This document shows positions 1 to 9,873 of a DNA stretch of 32,000 nucleotides, piece after piece. Within the stretch, counting starts at the first letter, position 1, and each line of letters opens with the position of its first letter. The position numbers and the translations under genes are program-made. The stretch is from Cellulophaga phage phi38:2. Where the stretch lies: sequence record KC821629.1; one strand, 5' to 3'. The notes under the pieces were generated by a model. The model saw nothing but the letters and a program-made list of their open reading frames with translations, was not told the origin of the DNA and ran no database searches.

Positions 1-22
1 TGCAATTAACAGCGCAGGCAGG

Positions 23-223
23 TTGAAGATTAAAAGCGCAATTGAAGAGGATTTATCTTTTTTAAAAAAAATAGTTAATTTAGATATAAATGTTGTAATT
101 TTATCTCAGAATAGATTAGAGATAAGCATTTATCTTGACTCTATTGGAAACCAAGCTGATAAAGGTTTTCAGTTTATATGGGACAACGCTAAGAAAGAGG
201 TAATAATAGATAAAGATATATAA
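23..223 (+). CDS. small protein, possible gp25/Mu gp46-like baseplate fragment
   Basis: 66 aa ORF directly abutting a gpJ-like gene; the identity rests mainly on position. Confidence 0.45.
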   Translation: MKIKSAIEEDLSFLKKIVNLDINVVILSQNRLEISIYLDSIGNQADKGFQFIWDNAKKEVIIDKDI

Positions 224-1398
224 TGGCTAATATTCCAACTATTTTCGAAATCAATGCTAATATAGCTAATGATTTAAAGAATAAATTAGATTTAAGTGAT
301 AGCGGTTTAAAGAAAACTTTAGATGTATTCGCTGGTGTTTTAGCTGCTCAATTCAAATTAACTTACTTAGCTCTTTCTGACGTACAAAATCAATTATTCG
401 TTGATACTGCTGATACAAGCGAAAACGGAGGTACACTTGATAGGTGGGGAGATATTTGGCTTGGTAGAATAAGAAATTCAAGCTCATCAGGAGTATATGA
501 AATCAGCCTTGATTTTGCCGAGAACTCAGTGCTAAGACAAAACTTAACTTTTAAGTCAAACGACGAAAGCTTTTCTCCTTCAATGCAGTATATTCTTGAT
601 GAACAAGAAACTTTAACTTCAAGCAACAATACAGTTCAAATAAGAAGCTTATTAGGTGGCTCCCAAGTGCTGCTCGAAGTAGGAGATACGCTTACTATAA
701 ATGAGCCGGTTATAGGAGTGGACCAGGTTGTTACAGTTGTAGCGGTTGTTGAGCAGCCTTTGGAAGAGGAAAGTGTTGATGATTATAGGTCTGCTATTTT
801 GCAAAGTATACAATTAGAGCCTCAAGGAGGAGCAAAGACTGATTATAGATTATGGGCTTCTGATGCTCAAGGTGTTAAATCAGTTTACCCTTATGTTAAA
901 AACGAGCAAGCTGGAACGGTTCAAGTGTATCTAGAGTCAACAGTAGACGATAGTATAGACGGATACGGAACTCCTTCACAAGCATTAATTGATTCAGTTA
1001 TTGAGGTTATAAATTTTGACCCCGACGAAACTAAACCTATAAATGATAGAGGAAGATTGCCAATACAAGTTACTCTTGAAGTTCTAAGTATTGCGCCAAA
1101 CCCTGTAGACATCACAATAACTGGATTAGTTGATGTGACTGATGAAATTAAATTAGCGGTTAGAGAAAACTTAGAAGATTATTTATCAGAAATAAGACCC
1201 TATGTAGCTGGAGCTGATTTAGCTAGAAATAAGAACGATATTGTTTATTCAGCAAGAGCTCAATCAGTAGTTGCTGACGTTTTAAGTTCTGATAATTTTT
1301 TCACATCATTTTCACTACTAGTTAATGGAGTCAATCAGAATAGCTTTTTATTTTCCAGGGAAAATATCCCTTATTTAAGAAACTTAACTTTTGACTAA
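223..1398 (+). CDS. baseplate J-like protein (Mu gp47 family)
   Basis: 391 aa; N-terminal GTLDRWGDIWLGRIRN region and D-DYR-AI--SIQLEPQGGAKTDYRLWA pattern typical of baseplate J proteins. Confidence 0.85.
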   Translation: MANIPTIFEINANIANDLKNKLDLSDSGLKKTLDVFAGVLAAQFKLTYLALSDVQNQLFVDTADTSENGGTLDRWGDIWLGRIRNSSSSGVYEISLDFAENSVLRQNLTFKSNDESFSPSMQYILDEQETLTSSNNTVQIRSLLGGSQVLLEVGDTLTINEPVIGVDQVVTVVAVVEQPLEEESVDDYRSAILQSIQLEPQGGAKTDYRLWASDAQGVKSVYPYVKNEQAGTVQVYLESTVDDSIDGYGTPSQALIDSVIEVINFDPDETKPINDRGRLPIQVTLEVLSIAPNPVDITITGLVDVTDEIKLAVRENLEDYLSEIRPYVAGADLARNKNDIVYSARAQSVVADVLSSDNFFTSFSLLVNGVNQNSFLFSRENIPYLRNLTFD

Positions 1399-2159
1399 TG
1401 AGTGAAAAATCAGTACATAAATTAACCTTACCTCACGGAAAAAGTACTCCGCACAAATTTCCATTTGAAGTTGAGAATGAACTTGATATTATCAACAGTT
1501 TGTCAACTCAATTATACCCTACTGGTAGAGCTTGGTTTAAAAAAGAAGGAGGTGTTTTTGACAGTTTTCACGCTGCTATAAATACTTCTTTTGTTAGAGT
1601 ACTAGCAGATAGCCAACAGCTTATTGATGGAAATTTACCTGACAATGAAAATTTTACTGAAGAAGATGCTTCTTTGTGGGAGTATAGATTGGGTTTACCT
1701 GTAAATAAAAGCATTGACTTAGAATTAAGAAAAGCATCAGTGAAAAGAAAGCTAGGGCACCCTAACAACGTTAAAGCTAGGCAACACAGCACTTTCATAG
1801 AAGCTCAATTGCAATTAGTTGGATTTGATGTTTACGTGCATGAGAATACGTTTCCTTACAAGCTTCCTAGTGAATTAGCTAATCTCCAATTAAAAGAAGT
1901 TCAACACGGAGGAGGTACTCAACACGGAGCTGGTACACAGCATGGAGGTGATAGTTTTGATATAATTGCGAATAGTATAGATGAAGTTGAATCTTATGCA
2001 ATTGGAGAAGAAAGTTTATGGGCTACTTTTTTTATAGGAGGAAAGGAATTAGGTAGTACCGCAAACGTAGATAAAAATAGGTTGAGAGAATTTAAGGAAT
2101 TAATAATAAAGTTGAAACCAGCTCATTTAGTTGTTTTTACCTTTGTAAACTATATTTAA
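1398..2159 (+). CDS. YmfQ / Mu gp48-like tail protein (DUF2313-like)
   Basis: 253 aa; LYPTGRAW near the N-terminus, position directly after gpJ-like gene, start overlaps previous stop. Confidence 0.65.
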   Translation: MSEKSVHKLTLPHGKSTPHKFPFEVENELDIINSLSTQLYPTGRAWFKKEGGVFDSFHAAINTSFVRVLADSQQLIDGNLPDNENFTEEDASLWEYRLGLPVNKSIDLELRKASVKRKLGHPNNVKARQHSTFIEAQLQLVGFDVYVHENTFPYKLPSELANLQLKEVQHGGGTQHGAGTQHGGDSFDIIANSIDEVESYAIGEESLWATFFIGGKELGSTANVDKNRLREFKELIIKLKPAHLVVFTFVNYI

Positions 2160-2163
2160 AGAA

Positions 2164-3195
2164 ATGGCTAGAGATAAAGCAAAATTGCAGAACATAAATT
2201 TAAGTGACTTAGTAAATTACCCGAACGGCAGAATAGCTGATAATACTGGAGCTGGCGACGGTACACCTGTAAGCGAAGTTACCTACGGTGATATTCACGA
2301 AACTTATGCTAAGTTAATGAGGTTATCAGGTTTAAAATACAACGACTTACCAGATAATGAGGAAAACGGCTACCAACTAGTTGAAGCGATTAGATCTTTG
2401 CCTAGCAAGAATGATTTGATTTTAAATCTAGCTATTTCTTCAAATGTTTACACCGTGCCGCTAAGAATGGATAGTTTAATTGAGGGTGAAAGTTTTATAT
2501 TGAAAGCTACTGTAGCTAAATCATCAAGTACCAGTATAAGAGGAACTTTAGACAATAAAACTAAGTCAGTAAGCGTAGTAGGTGATTTTAAAGTTAACGA
2601 ATACGTTAGAATGCTAGTTACATCTAATTCTATACTAATTACAAGGCTGATAGATGCGGTTAATTTGAATTCAGCGGTTAATGACTTGCTTTACTTAAAA
2701 GCAGCTACTTCAGCGCAAGATTTAGCAGGCACCTTGATTAATGTAGCACTCACGCCTAAGTCTTCCGCAGACACTTATGCAAACAAAACGATAGGCGCTA
2801 CTAGCGGAAATTTTTTAGCTACTACAGCGAGAAACGGTCACTTAAGTAAAGAGGATAAACTTAGAATAGACAATTTAGCAAGTCCTGAAGATTTAATAAA
2901 AGTAGACAGCGGAACAAAGGATGTTGAAAACTTTAAATCAGGTAGAGATTCTGCAAATCCTAATAACAACTTCTCTTTTAATTATGCAGATGTTTTTCCT
3001 CCATCAGGCAAGACAATAGCTAATTTAAAAGGATTTATAGCTTCTATTTCTGAAATTAATTTTGTAGGTGAAGTTGATAGCAATGATACTTTATATTGCA
3101 AATGGAGAATCGAAACTAATAAAGTAAGAATTATTTGTAGCAACTCAGAAAGTCGCTCAGCTGCAAAGGTTCAGTATATGGCGATTTGGATATAA
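2164..3195 (+). CDS. tail fibre/appendage-like protein
   Basis: 343 aa; position after gp48-like gene; C-terminal fibre-like beta-rich region; N-terminus paralogous to the next ORF. Confidence 0.6.
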   Translation: MARDKAKLQNINLSDLVNYPNGRIADNTGAGDGTPVSEVTYGDIHETYAKLMRLSGLKYNDLPDNEENGYQLVEAIRSLPSKNDLILNLAISSNVYTVPLRMDSLIEGESFILKATVAKSSSTSIRGTLDNKTKSVSVVGDFKVNEYVRMLVTSNSILITRLIDAVNLNSAVNDLLYLKAATSAQDLAGTLINVALTPKSSADTYANKTIGATSGNFLATTARNGHLSKEDKLRIDNLASPEDLIKVDSGTKDVENFKSGRDSANPNNNFSFNYADVFPPSGKTIANLKGFIASISEINFVGEVDSNDTLYCKWRIETNKVRIICSNSESRSAAKVQYMAIWI

Positions 3196-3205
3196 TTTAA
3201 AAGAT

Positions 3206-4384
3206 ATGAGAACGATAAAAAATTTAGCATTACCTCAAGATTCTGATTATGTTAATTTTCCTGATGGAAGAGTTAGAAACGAAACTGTCACCGCAGCGGG
3301 AACTCCTGTAGTTGAAGAGGTTTACGGTGATCTACTTCAAAACTTCTACAAGATTATAAGAAGCTCAGGTCTTGAAATTACTGAAACAGCTGACAGCGAA
3401 GGAACTCAGTTTCAATTACTTGACGCTTTAAAGATTTTTGCTAACGAAGTTAATGACCTGAAGCAAACTCTTACAGTTAATCAAGGTGAAATTTCTACGC
3501 TATTAAATCTAGATACTCTTCCTGATGATTACGTGTTCATAGGTAAAATAACTGAAGATATTTCAGCTAACAACATCTACTTGTTGAACGGTACTGGTGA
3601 GGTTTTGGTAAATGCTGTATCTACTAGCGATGTAAAAGCTTCTAGTCTTGTATTAGTTGTATTAAGTCAAGTAGGGTATTCAAGTATAACTGATTTAACC
3701 GTAGCAGCTGAAGATTTGAAGAGTTTGAGTGTGTCATTAGGAACGCCTTTATCATTCAACAGCACTAAGAATTTGATGTATTTTTCCGACGGTAAAATTA
3801 TAACTGATTACCCTAAGGTGTATGACGTACAACAAGCAATCAACGACAGCTTAATGACGAGCGATTTTGTCGCTATTGATTGTTTCACTGTAAAAGAAAA
3901 ATTATTGTGCTATGCATTTAATAAAACCAACTCAACTTATCATTTATTCTCTTTCTTAGCTAGCAACCCTGGAGCTCTTGAAGGAGAAGTCACTTTTATT
4001 AAAAGCGTTAACGCTGCTGAAAATAAACCACTAATCTATACGAATGGTCAATTCTTATTCATAACTAATACTGAAAATGAATTTGGTGACATTGCTAGTC
4101 ACAATAAAATTGGTAAATATTTGTTTGACGAAGTTGCTTTAGAGATTACTCTTGACACTAGTTTGACAATAGAAAGCTCTTTTTTCAAGAGTACGAATTG
4201 CTTCATAAACGAAGCTGGTTCTGATATTTATTCTATGTTATTAGGACAGTTGAATAAATACAGCTTAGAAAATAATACCGTAGAAGATTTAGGTAACTTT
4301 CAATCAAATAACGGACAGGTATTTAGATTCAATAAACAAACTTATTTCTATAACGGCAGCAATGCAGCTAAATGGAATTACTAA
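3206..4384 (+). CDS. tail fibre/appendage-like protein, C-terminal region possibly beta-propeller-like
   Basis: 392 aa; N-terminal YVNFPDGRVRNET..GTPVVEEVYGDLLQNFYKIIRSSGL resembles the preceding protein. Confidence 0.55.
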   Translation: MRTIKNLALPQDSDYVNFPDGRVRNETVTAAGTPVVEEVYGDLLQNFYKIIRSSGLEITETADSEGTQFQLLDALKIFANEVNDLKQTLTVNQGEISTLLNLDTLPDDYVFIGKITEDISANNIYLLNGTGEVLVNAVSTSDVKASSLVLVVLSQVGYSSITDLTVAAEDLKSLSVSLGTPLSFNSTKNLMYFSDGKIITDYPKVYDVQQAINDSLMTSDFVAIDCFTVKEKLLCYAFNKTNSTYHLFSFLASNPGALEGEVTFIKSVNAAENKPLIYTNGQFLFITNTENEFGDIASHNKIGKYLFDEVALEITLDTSLTIESSFFKSTNCFINEAGSDIYSMLLGQLNKYSLENNTVEDLGNFQSNNGQVFRFNKQTYFYNGSNAAKWNY

Positions 4385-5128
4385 ATGGCAACGTTTAACA
4401 TCAATAATAAAGAAGTTATAAGCCTCACAGCTAAACTAGAAAGGTTGAATAAATCAGCTTTACCTAGTGCTGTGAGAAATACTTTAAATAGAGCAGCTTT
4501 CGAGACGAAAAAAAACATTCCTCTTGTAGCTGCTTCAGTTTTTACAACTAGACAGAAGAGTTTTTTTAAAAGATTTTCAGTTGTTGAGAAAGCTTCAGGG
4601 TTTGATATAGATAGAATGCAATCAACAGTTGGTATAACTACTAGGTTCAACCCTACTTTAGCTAAGAACTTGGATGCTCAGGAGTTTGGTGGTACTATTC
4701 AAACTGACAAATTAACCCCGCATAAAGACGCTAGGGTATCTAGATCCGATAGTCGTAGAGTTCAGTCTAAAAACTTCATTAACAAAGTTAACGCACATAA
4801 CGCGACTAAAGCATTTAAAAATCATAAAGGTACTAGAGCTTCGAAATTTGTTTCAGCTGTGATGAGTACTGTCAAAAGCGGTAAGCGACATATGATACTG
4901 CAGACTGGAGAGAAAGGTATGCTTTACGAGCTTACTTCAGTGAGTTCAAATATTAAGTCTAAGAAGTTTAATTTTAAAATAAAAAAGCTTTATTCAGTAA
5001 ATACAAAAACCAGCCATAAAGTAAAAGCAGCAGGGTTCATGAAAAAAAGCGTAAATTTAACGAATAAAAAATTGGACGAGTATTTTAAAGAGAATGCTGA
5101 GTTTCAATTTAAAAAAGCATTGAAATGA
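4385..5128 (+). CDS. hypothetical structural protein
   Basis: 247 aa basic protein in the tail module, stop/start abutting neighbours. Confidence 0.6.
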   Translation: MATFNINNKEVISLTAKLERLNKSALPSAVRNTLNRAAFETKKNIPLVAASVFTTRQKSFFKRFSVVEKASGFDIDRMQSTVGITTRFNPTLAKNLDAQEFGGTIQTDKLTPHKDARVSRSDSRRVQSKNFINKVNAHNATKAFKNHKGTRASKFVSAVMSTVKSGKRHMILQTGEKGMLYELTSVSSNIKSKKFNFKIKKLYSVNTKTSHKVKAAGFMKKSVNLTNKKLDEYFKENAEFQFKKALK

Positions 5129-6336
5129 GTTGGACTGATAGATTAAGCGATATTAAATTTGAAATAAAGACTGGTGACGGAAAAACTTATTACCCGTTAT
5201 GGGTTAGCTCCGAAAAGAGTAAAGATTTCAACGTTTCAAGATTTGATTTCATTAACCTTGAGGGTTCGTTAGTTGATAGAAAAAAACCTCAAGGAAGCAC
5301 TTATCCTCTTGTATTTATGTTTCAAGGAGAAGACAACATAGAGCAAGCTGAAGCGTTTGAAACTTCTAGCAACGACAATAGGATGTGGGTTATCCAGCAC
5401 CCTTTCTACGGCACAATAAAAGGTCAGCCAGCAAACTTAAAAAGAAACGACAACAACTACAATACAACTGAAATATCCATCGACTTCTGGGAAAGTATTT
5501 TAGGTGATTTTCCTGAGGAAGCTATTTCTATAGTTGATAGTGTTGACGATAAAGCTCTTAAAGTAAAAACAATCAGTATTGGGTTATTTGTTGAAAATGC
5601 TGAACCAACCACAGCTGACATTGATACACTTAAGACAAATGTAACTTTATCTTCTAGTAAATTTTCCCCGGATTCTGGTTCTTACAATTCTTTTAATAAT
5701 AGCAAGAAAACAGCTTTAAAAGCTACTGATAGCTTGGTGACTAAAACTGAAAACTCTTTCACTACAATCAACAAGATTTACGACGAACCGTCATCTTTCA
5801 ATGTGCCTGTTCTTAAAAAAGTAAAGTCGTATATAGAAGCTTATAAAGTCGTTAAGTTCTTAATTAAAAATAGATTTTCTAAATATAATTTCGAAAGTCA
5901 ATCAGCTTATATTTTTTCAGGAATCTGCAAAAGTTGTGTCAATCCTCAAGAAGGAGATTACATAACTAGAAATGATGTAAAAGAAGTGAATGCTTTATTG
6001 ATTGAAACTTATAAGGATTATCTTGAAACGCTAGACAGTAATCAAGTTGATATTTACGACACAAACAATAGCTGGTCACCTAACTTTCAAATACAAAATT
6101 CTTTACTTGAATTAATTACATTCACTTCTAAGTCTTTGTTTGATTTAGGTTTTGACGCTAAGCAAGAAAGAACTTACGAACTTCCTTCTGATAGTAATCT
6201 AATTGTACTTACTCATAGATTTATGGGCTTAGATGCTAATGACGAAAATATAGAAACATTTAGACAAATTAATAAGATTAAAAACTCTGAAATATATAGA
6301 GTTCCTAAAGGCAGGTTAATAAAATATTTCGTATAA
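5125..6336 (+). CDS. DNA circularisation-like protein (Mu gpN/gp43-like)
   Basis: 403 aa; MSWTDRL start and N-terminal layout, followed by gpP-like hub gene as in Mu. Confidence 0.5.
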   Translation: MSWTDRLSDIKFEIKTGDGKTYYPLWVSSEKSKDFNVSRFDFINLEGSLVDRKKPQGSTYPLVFMFQGEDNIEQAEAFETSSNDNRMWVIQHPFYGTIKGQPANLKRNDNNYNTTEISIDFWESILGDFPEEAISIVDSVDDKALKVKTISIGLFVENAEPTTADIDTLKTNVTLSSSKFSPDSGSYNSFNNSKKTALKATDSLVTKTENSFTTINKIYDEPSSFNVPVLKKVKSYIEAYKVVKFLIKNRFSKYNFESQSAYIFSGICKSCVNPQEGDYITRNDVKEVNALLIETYKDYLETLDSNQVDIYDTNNSWSPNFQIQNSLLELITFTSKSLFDLGFDAKQERTYELPSDSNLIVLTHRFMGLDANDENIETFRQINKIKNSEIYRVPKGRLIKYFV

Positions 6337-7355
6337 TGAAGATAAAAATAAATGGCGAGTTTTATAAGTTTTTCAATAAAGTAACTTTATCTTATAGTCT
6401 TGATGCAGTAGCTTCTTCGTTCTCGTTTGAAGGTAGATTTGATTTTAATAATGAAAAACATAAGCAGATTTTCAAGCCCTTGTCGTATCCTGAAGTTGAG
6501 ATATACGATGATAGCGGAAATAAGCTGCTGACAGGGTTAATCGTGACTACCGCCTTAGGTAGTAGTCGTACTAGAGATTTGCAAGCTGTGGCGGGTTATT
6601 CTAAATGCGGAGTTCTTGAGGATTGCACTATACCAGCAAGTTCTTATCCTTTGGAAAAATTAAGTGTTTCTCTTAACGATGTTGTTGAACGTGTTTTAGC
6701 TGATTTCAATTTGTCTTTTACTGTAGATGATTCAGCTGTTAACGCTATGCAACTAATTTACAAGAAAACTGTAGCTGAAGCGACTGAAAGTGTGAAAAGC
6801 TTCATATGTAAATTAGCTTCACAAAGAAATATAGTTACTAGTCATGACGTTGACGGTAATTTACGCTTTTTTAAGCCTTCTTTTAGAGGCAGCGGGGTAA
6901 TTTACTTAAATAAAGAAAATAGTACTTCTATGACGCTCTCAGCTAACGGACAAGCTATGCACTCGCATATATCAGTTATAAGACAGCCTGGAAAAGACAA
7001 TAAAGCACTAACTCCTCTAGATACAATAATAAATCCTTTAATTGTAAGAGAAAGACATATTGTGCAAACATTAACTTCAGGAACTGAAACCGATACCTTA
7101 AACGCTGCTAATTCATTACTATCAAAGCAGCTTAAAAATATTTCAATTACCGTTACTTTAAATAGAATAGAGAATGTAAAATGCGGTGATATAATTGAAG
7201 TTTTAAATGAAGAAATTTTTCTGTACAAAAAAACCAAGTTAATTGTGTTAGCTATAAAAAACACATACAACCAACAAGACTCAGGGCAAATGGAACTTTC
7301 GCTAGTTTTACCCGAATCTTTCACAGGTGAAGTTCCTGTAAATATATTTGAATAA
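6336..7355 (+). CDS. baseplate hub protein, Mu gpP (gp44)-like
   Basis: 339 aa; FSFEGRFDF...YPEVEIYDDSGNKLLTGLI and central contractile-tail hub features. Confidence 0.6.
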   Translation: MKIKINGEFYKFFNKVTLSYSLDAVASSFSFEGRFDFNNEKHKQIFKPLSYPEVEIYDDSGNKLLTGLIVTTALGSSRTRDLQAVAGYSKCGVLEDCTIPASSYPLEKLSVSLNDVVERVLADFNLSFTVDDSAVNAMQLIYKKTVAEATESVKSFICKLASQRNIVTSHDVDGNLRFFKPSFRGSGVIYLNKENSTSMTLSANGQAMHSHISVIRQPGKDNKALTPLDTIINPLIVRERHIVQTLTSGTETDTLNAANSLLSKQLKNISITVTLNRIENVKCGDIIEVLNEEIFLYKKTKLIVLAIKNTYNQQDSGQMELSLVLPESFTGEVPVNIFE

Positions 7356-7860
7356 TATGATTAGTTTTAGTAGAGTAAGTGAGGTTATAATTAAGAATTA
7401 TAACAAGATTTTAAAAGTTACTGAGCACGGAACAAAAACTCCTGATGTAGCTTCAAGCTTCGGAGACGATTCTTCACCTTTAAAAGATATGGTTGCTATA
7501 TTTGCTAAGACACAAGTTAGCGGTGAAGATGTTGTTATTGGTTATCTTAATCAGCACCAAATTGCAGAAGCTGGAGAGAAAAGAATTTTTTCAGTAAATC
7601 AAGACAACACTCTTTCCGCTGAAATACATTTAAAAAGTGACAATCAAATAGTAATAAATAAAGGCGAGGATTGGGCTGTTAAGTATAGTGAGTTGGAGAA
7701 ATCTTTTAACCAACTTAGGGATGATTTAAATACTATTGTATCTAGATACAATAGTCACGTACACTCAGCTCCAAACGGCGCTTCTACGCCATTACCTTTA
7801 GCTCAAGCGTCTACAGTAACTATAGACGCCGCGAAAAGTAGTGATATTAGATTACCTTAA
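7348..7860 (+). CDS. baseplate spike/assembly protein, Mu gp45-like
   Basis: 170 aa; repeated charged beta pattern and NSHVHSAPNG near the C-terminus typical of spike proteins. Confidence 0.55.
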   Translation: MNNMISFSRVSEVIIKNYNKILKVTEHGTKTPDVASSFGDDSSPLKDMVAIFAKTQVSGEDVVIGYLNQHQIAEAGEKRIFSVNQDNTLSAEIHLKSDNQIVINKGEDWAVKYSELEKSFNQLRDDLNTIVSRYNSHVHSAPNGASTPLPLAQASTVTIDAAKSSDIRLP

Positions 7861-8611
7861 CTCGTTGAATTAAAGTTTGCTTCAAGCCTTTATATTCGTT
7901 GTGTTTTATAGTAGCTTTTACTTTCGTGAATTCATTGTCGCTAATTCCTGGAGGAGTAGTACCTTTGTAGACATACCCATTACCATTATCACTTATATAA
8001 GATCTTATGTGAACATATCCGTATTGAGACTCAAATCCAGTAGCATGTACAGTCTTCAGCGAAAGAATTACTTTTTCTTTGTCTTCATGTAAAAAAGAAC
8101 TAGACTCAACTTTAATTCTGTGGTCGATTTCTCTTTTTGACAAATAACCGTCTTTTGTTTTAAATAACTCGCCTAATTCAATTAAGCGTTTTCTAGCTAA
8201 AACTCTTCTTCTTTTAATATGCATTTGACTCTCATCAGCACCTCCATCAGCACCTTCTTCTTGATAAACTCTGTTTAATTGCCAAGAGCTTTCGCATAGC
8301 ATTATTTCGCTTCCTTTATATAAACCAAAAGGAAAAACTTGATAAGGCAACGCGATTTTCTTTAATCTTTTAAAAGACCTAGTTTCGCCTCTTAAATCAT
8401 CGTCAACGAAAACATTTTCAAGATTGAACTTTGATTTGATTTTATCAACAGCTTCATCTTCGTTCATTGACAAATTTTGCATATAATTAAAGTTTGTTGT
8501 TACACTAACTAAATGACTCTTACCGTTAAACCATTCGTAATTTTCTGATTTAGTGATATTCCAAAGTGTATAATAAACTGTAGCAAAACCTATGACGTAC
8601 TTTTTTTCCAT
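7847..8611 (-). CDS. hypothetical protein with C-terminal VKATIKHNEYKGLKQTLIQR
   Basis: 254 aa ORF preceded by a good promoter. Confidence 0.7.
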   Translation of the reverse strand: MEKKYVIGFATVYYTLWNITKSENYEWFNGKSHLVSVTTNFNYMQNLSMNEDEAVDKIKSKFNLENVFVDDDLRGETRSFKRLKKIALPYQVFPFGLYKGSEIMLCESSWQLNRVYQEEGADGGADESQMHIKRRRVLARKRLIELGELFKTKDGYLSKREIDHRIKVESSSFLHEDKEKVILSLKTVHATGFESQYGYVHIRSYISDNGNGYVYKGTTPPGISDNEFTKVKATIKHNEYKGLKQTLIQRVKVI

Positions 8612-8629
8612 TATATATCTGTTTTAAAT

Positions 8630-8682
8630 TATCTACTCAACAAATATATAACCATTATATTTAATATGCAAAACTTTTTGCA
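8630..8682 (-). promoter_or_regulatory. Bacteroidetes-type promoter with palindromic operator
   Basis: On - strand: TGCAAAAAGTTTTGCA (8682-8667), TTTTG-N20-TATATTTG (-7 box 8648-8641). Confidence 0.75.
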
Positions 8683-8683
8683 A

Positions 8684-8953
8684 TTATTTTTCCTTAATCA
8701 GTTCTTCGTTAGTTACTTCTAGTATTTTCAACACTTCATTAGCGATGTAATCACTAGCTTCATCGTATCCATCTTTCTCATATCTAGATAGTCTTGAATA
8801 TAGCGCTGTTTTACTAAGCTCTACACCGTTTTTTATTAGTTTGATAGCTAACTTATTCTTCGTCTTTATTTTAGCCATAGGCGGCTCTTTTTTAACTTGC
8901 TTTAAATCATGTATTAATATACATTCATCTATGTTTAGAAATTTTCTTGCCAT
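8684..8953 (-). CDS. small putative DNA-binding protein; likely true start at internal MAKIKTKNK
   Basis: ORF with GVELSKTALYSRLSRYEKDGYDEASDYIANEVLKIL, HTH-like. Confidence 0.55.
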   Translation of the reverse strand: MARKFLNIDECILIHDLKQVKKEPPMAKIKTKNKLAIKLIKNGVELSKTALYSRLSRYEKDGYDEASDYIANEVLKILEVTNEELIKEK

Positions 8954-9363
8954 CTTAATGTTATTGATTTATGTTTTGCGTTTTTAATTATTCTACTTAC
9001 TTGTTTAATCGTGTAACCTTCAAAATTGCCTTCATAGCAATTAAGAGCTTGTTCTGATGTGAAACACATCCGCCAATTATTTTTCTTTGACATTTTCTCC
9101 CAAACTTTTCCCCATCTTACTTGAGCTTTAAGCTTAGCAATTTCATGACTAGACCCGTCAACTTTGATCTCTGTGGCAGCGTTGAATTTTTTATCTAAAT
9201 AAATAAAATCAGCTACACCAGGAACAATTCCTATTGACTTAGCTAAGTAAGCCTGTTTTCTGTTCGCTCTTTCGTTTGAAATATGAAATAGCTGTCCCCA
9301 CTTTTCAGGATATTTCTGAGAATGTTTAACAGCTATTTCAGATTGAAGTTGTAATTCAGTCAT
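8935..9363 (-). CDS. VRR-NUC-like nuclease
   Basis: 142 aa; ISNERANRKQAYLAKSIGIVPGVADFIYLDKKFNAATEIKVDG fits PGxxD..E(I)K nuclease layout. Confidence 0.65.
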   Translation of the reverse strand: MTELQLQSEIAVKHSQKYPEKWGQLFHISNERANRKQAYLAKSIGIVPGVADFIYLDKKFNAATEIKVDGSSHEIAKLKAQVRWGKVWEKMSKKNNWRMCFTSEQALNCYEGNFEGYTIKQVSRIIKNAKHKSITLRWQENF

Positions 9364-9369
9364 CTAATA

Positions 9370-9873
9370 CTAGAATGGTAAATCGTCTTCTTCGTCTAGA
9401 GTTTCAGTGGAAGCTGCTCCAGATGTGTCGTTTGAAGTTGAGCTAAATTCCCAATCTTTCAAACCACCTAAAATTGGAGTTTTTTTCATTTCCTCTTTCT
9501 CTTCGTCGGAAGCTGCCTTGTATACTGAAGAACCTACTTGTTGACTGACAAATCCATGCTGCTTAAAGTTGTCTTCTTTGTCCTTTAAATTCATTCTTAT
9601 ACTTAAGTATACAGCGCCATCTATCTCTTCTATGAAGTTAGCTTTTAAAGGAATAAAAATACCTCTAATCTTCTTGTCTTTTTTACCCTTCTTCTCCATC
9701 ATAACATGCTTCAATTTACTCAAAGCAATTGTTCCGTCTAGTTTTCTGACAACTGTAGCATCAGAATTTCCTGACGGCGATTGAGGTGTTGCTTTTTTAG
9801 ACGATTTGTCTTTTTTAGACGATTTGTCTTTTTTAGACGATTTGTCTTTTTTAGAGTTTTTTTCTTTTGCCAT
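9370..9873 (-). CDS. SSB-like protein with acidic C-terminal tip
   Basis: C-terminus LDEEDDLPF matches SSB tip consensus; N-terminal KKDKSS repeats; ORF track start is 10035 but MAKEKNSKKDK at 9873 is the more likely start. Confidence 0.6.
   Translation of the reverse strand: MAKEKNSKKDKSSKKDKSSKKDKSSKKATPQSPSGNSDATVVRKLDGTIALSKLKHVMMEKKGKKDKKIRGIFIPLKANFIEEIDGAVYLSIRMNLKDKEDNFKQHGFVSQQVGSSVYKAASDEEKEEMKKTPILGGLKDWEFSSTSNDTSGAASTETLDEEDDLPF
9793..9855 (-). repeat. 18-bp tandem repeat encoding KKDKSS
   Basis: ttttttagacgatttgtc repeated 3 times plus a partial copy. Confidence 0.85.

Noticed and set aside
390-1115. - strand ORFs within the gpJ-like gene
   Set aside because: Fully contained in a confidently assigned + strand structural gene.
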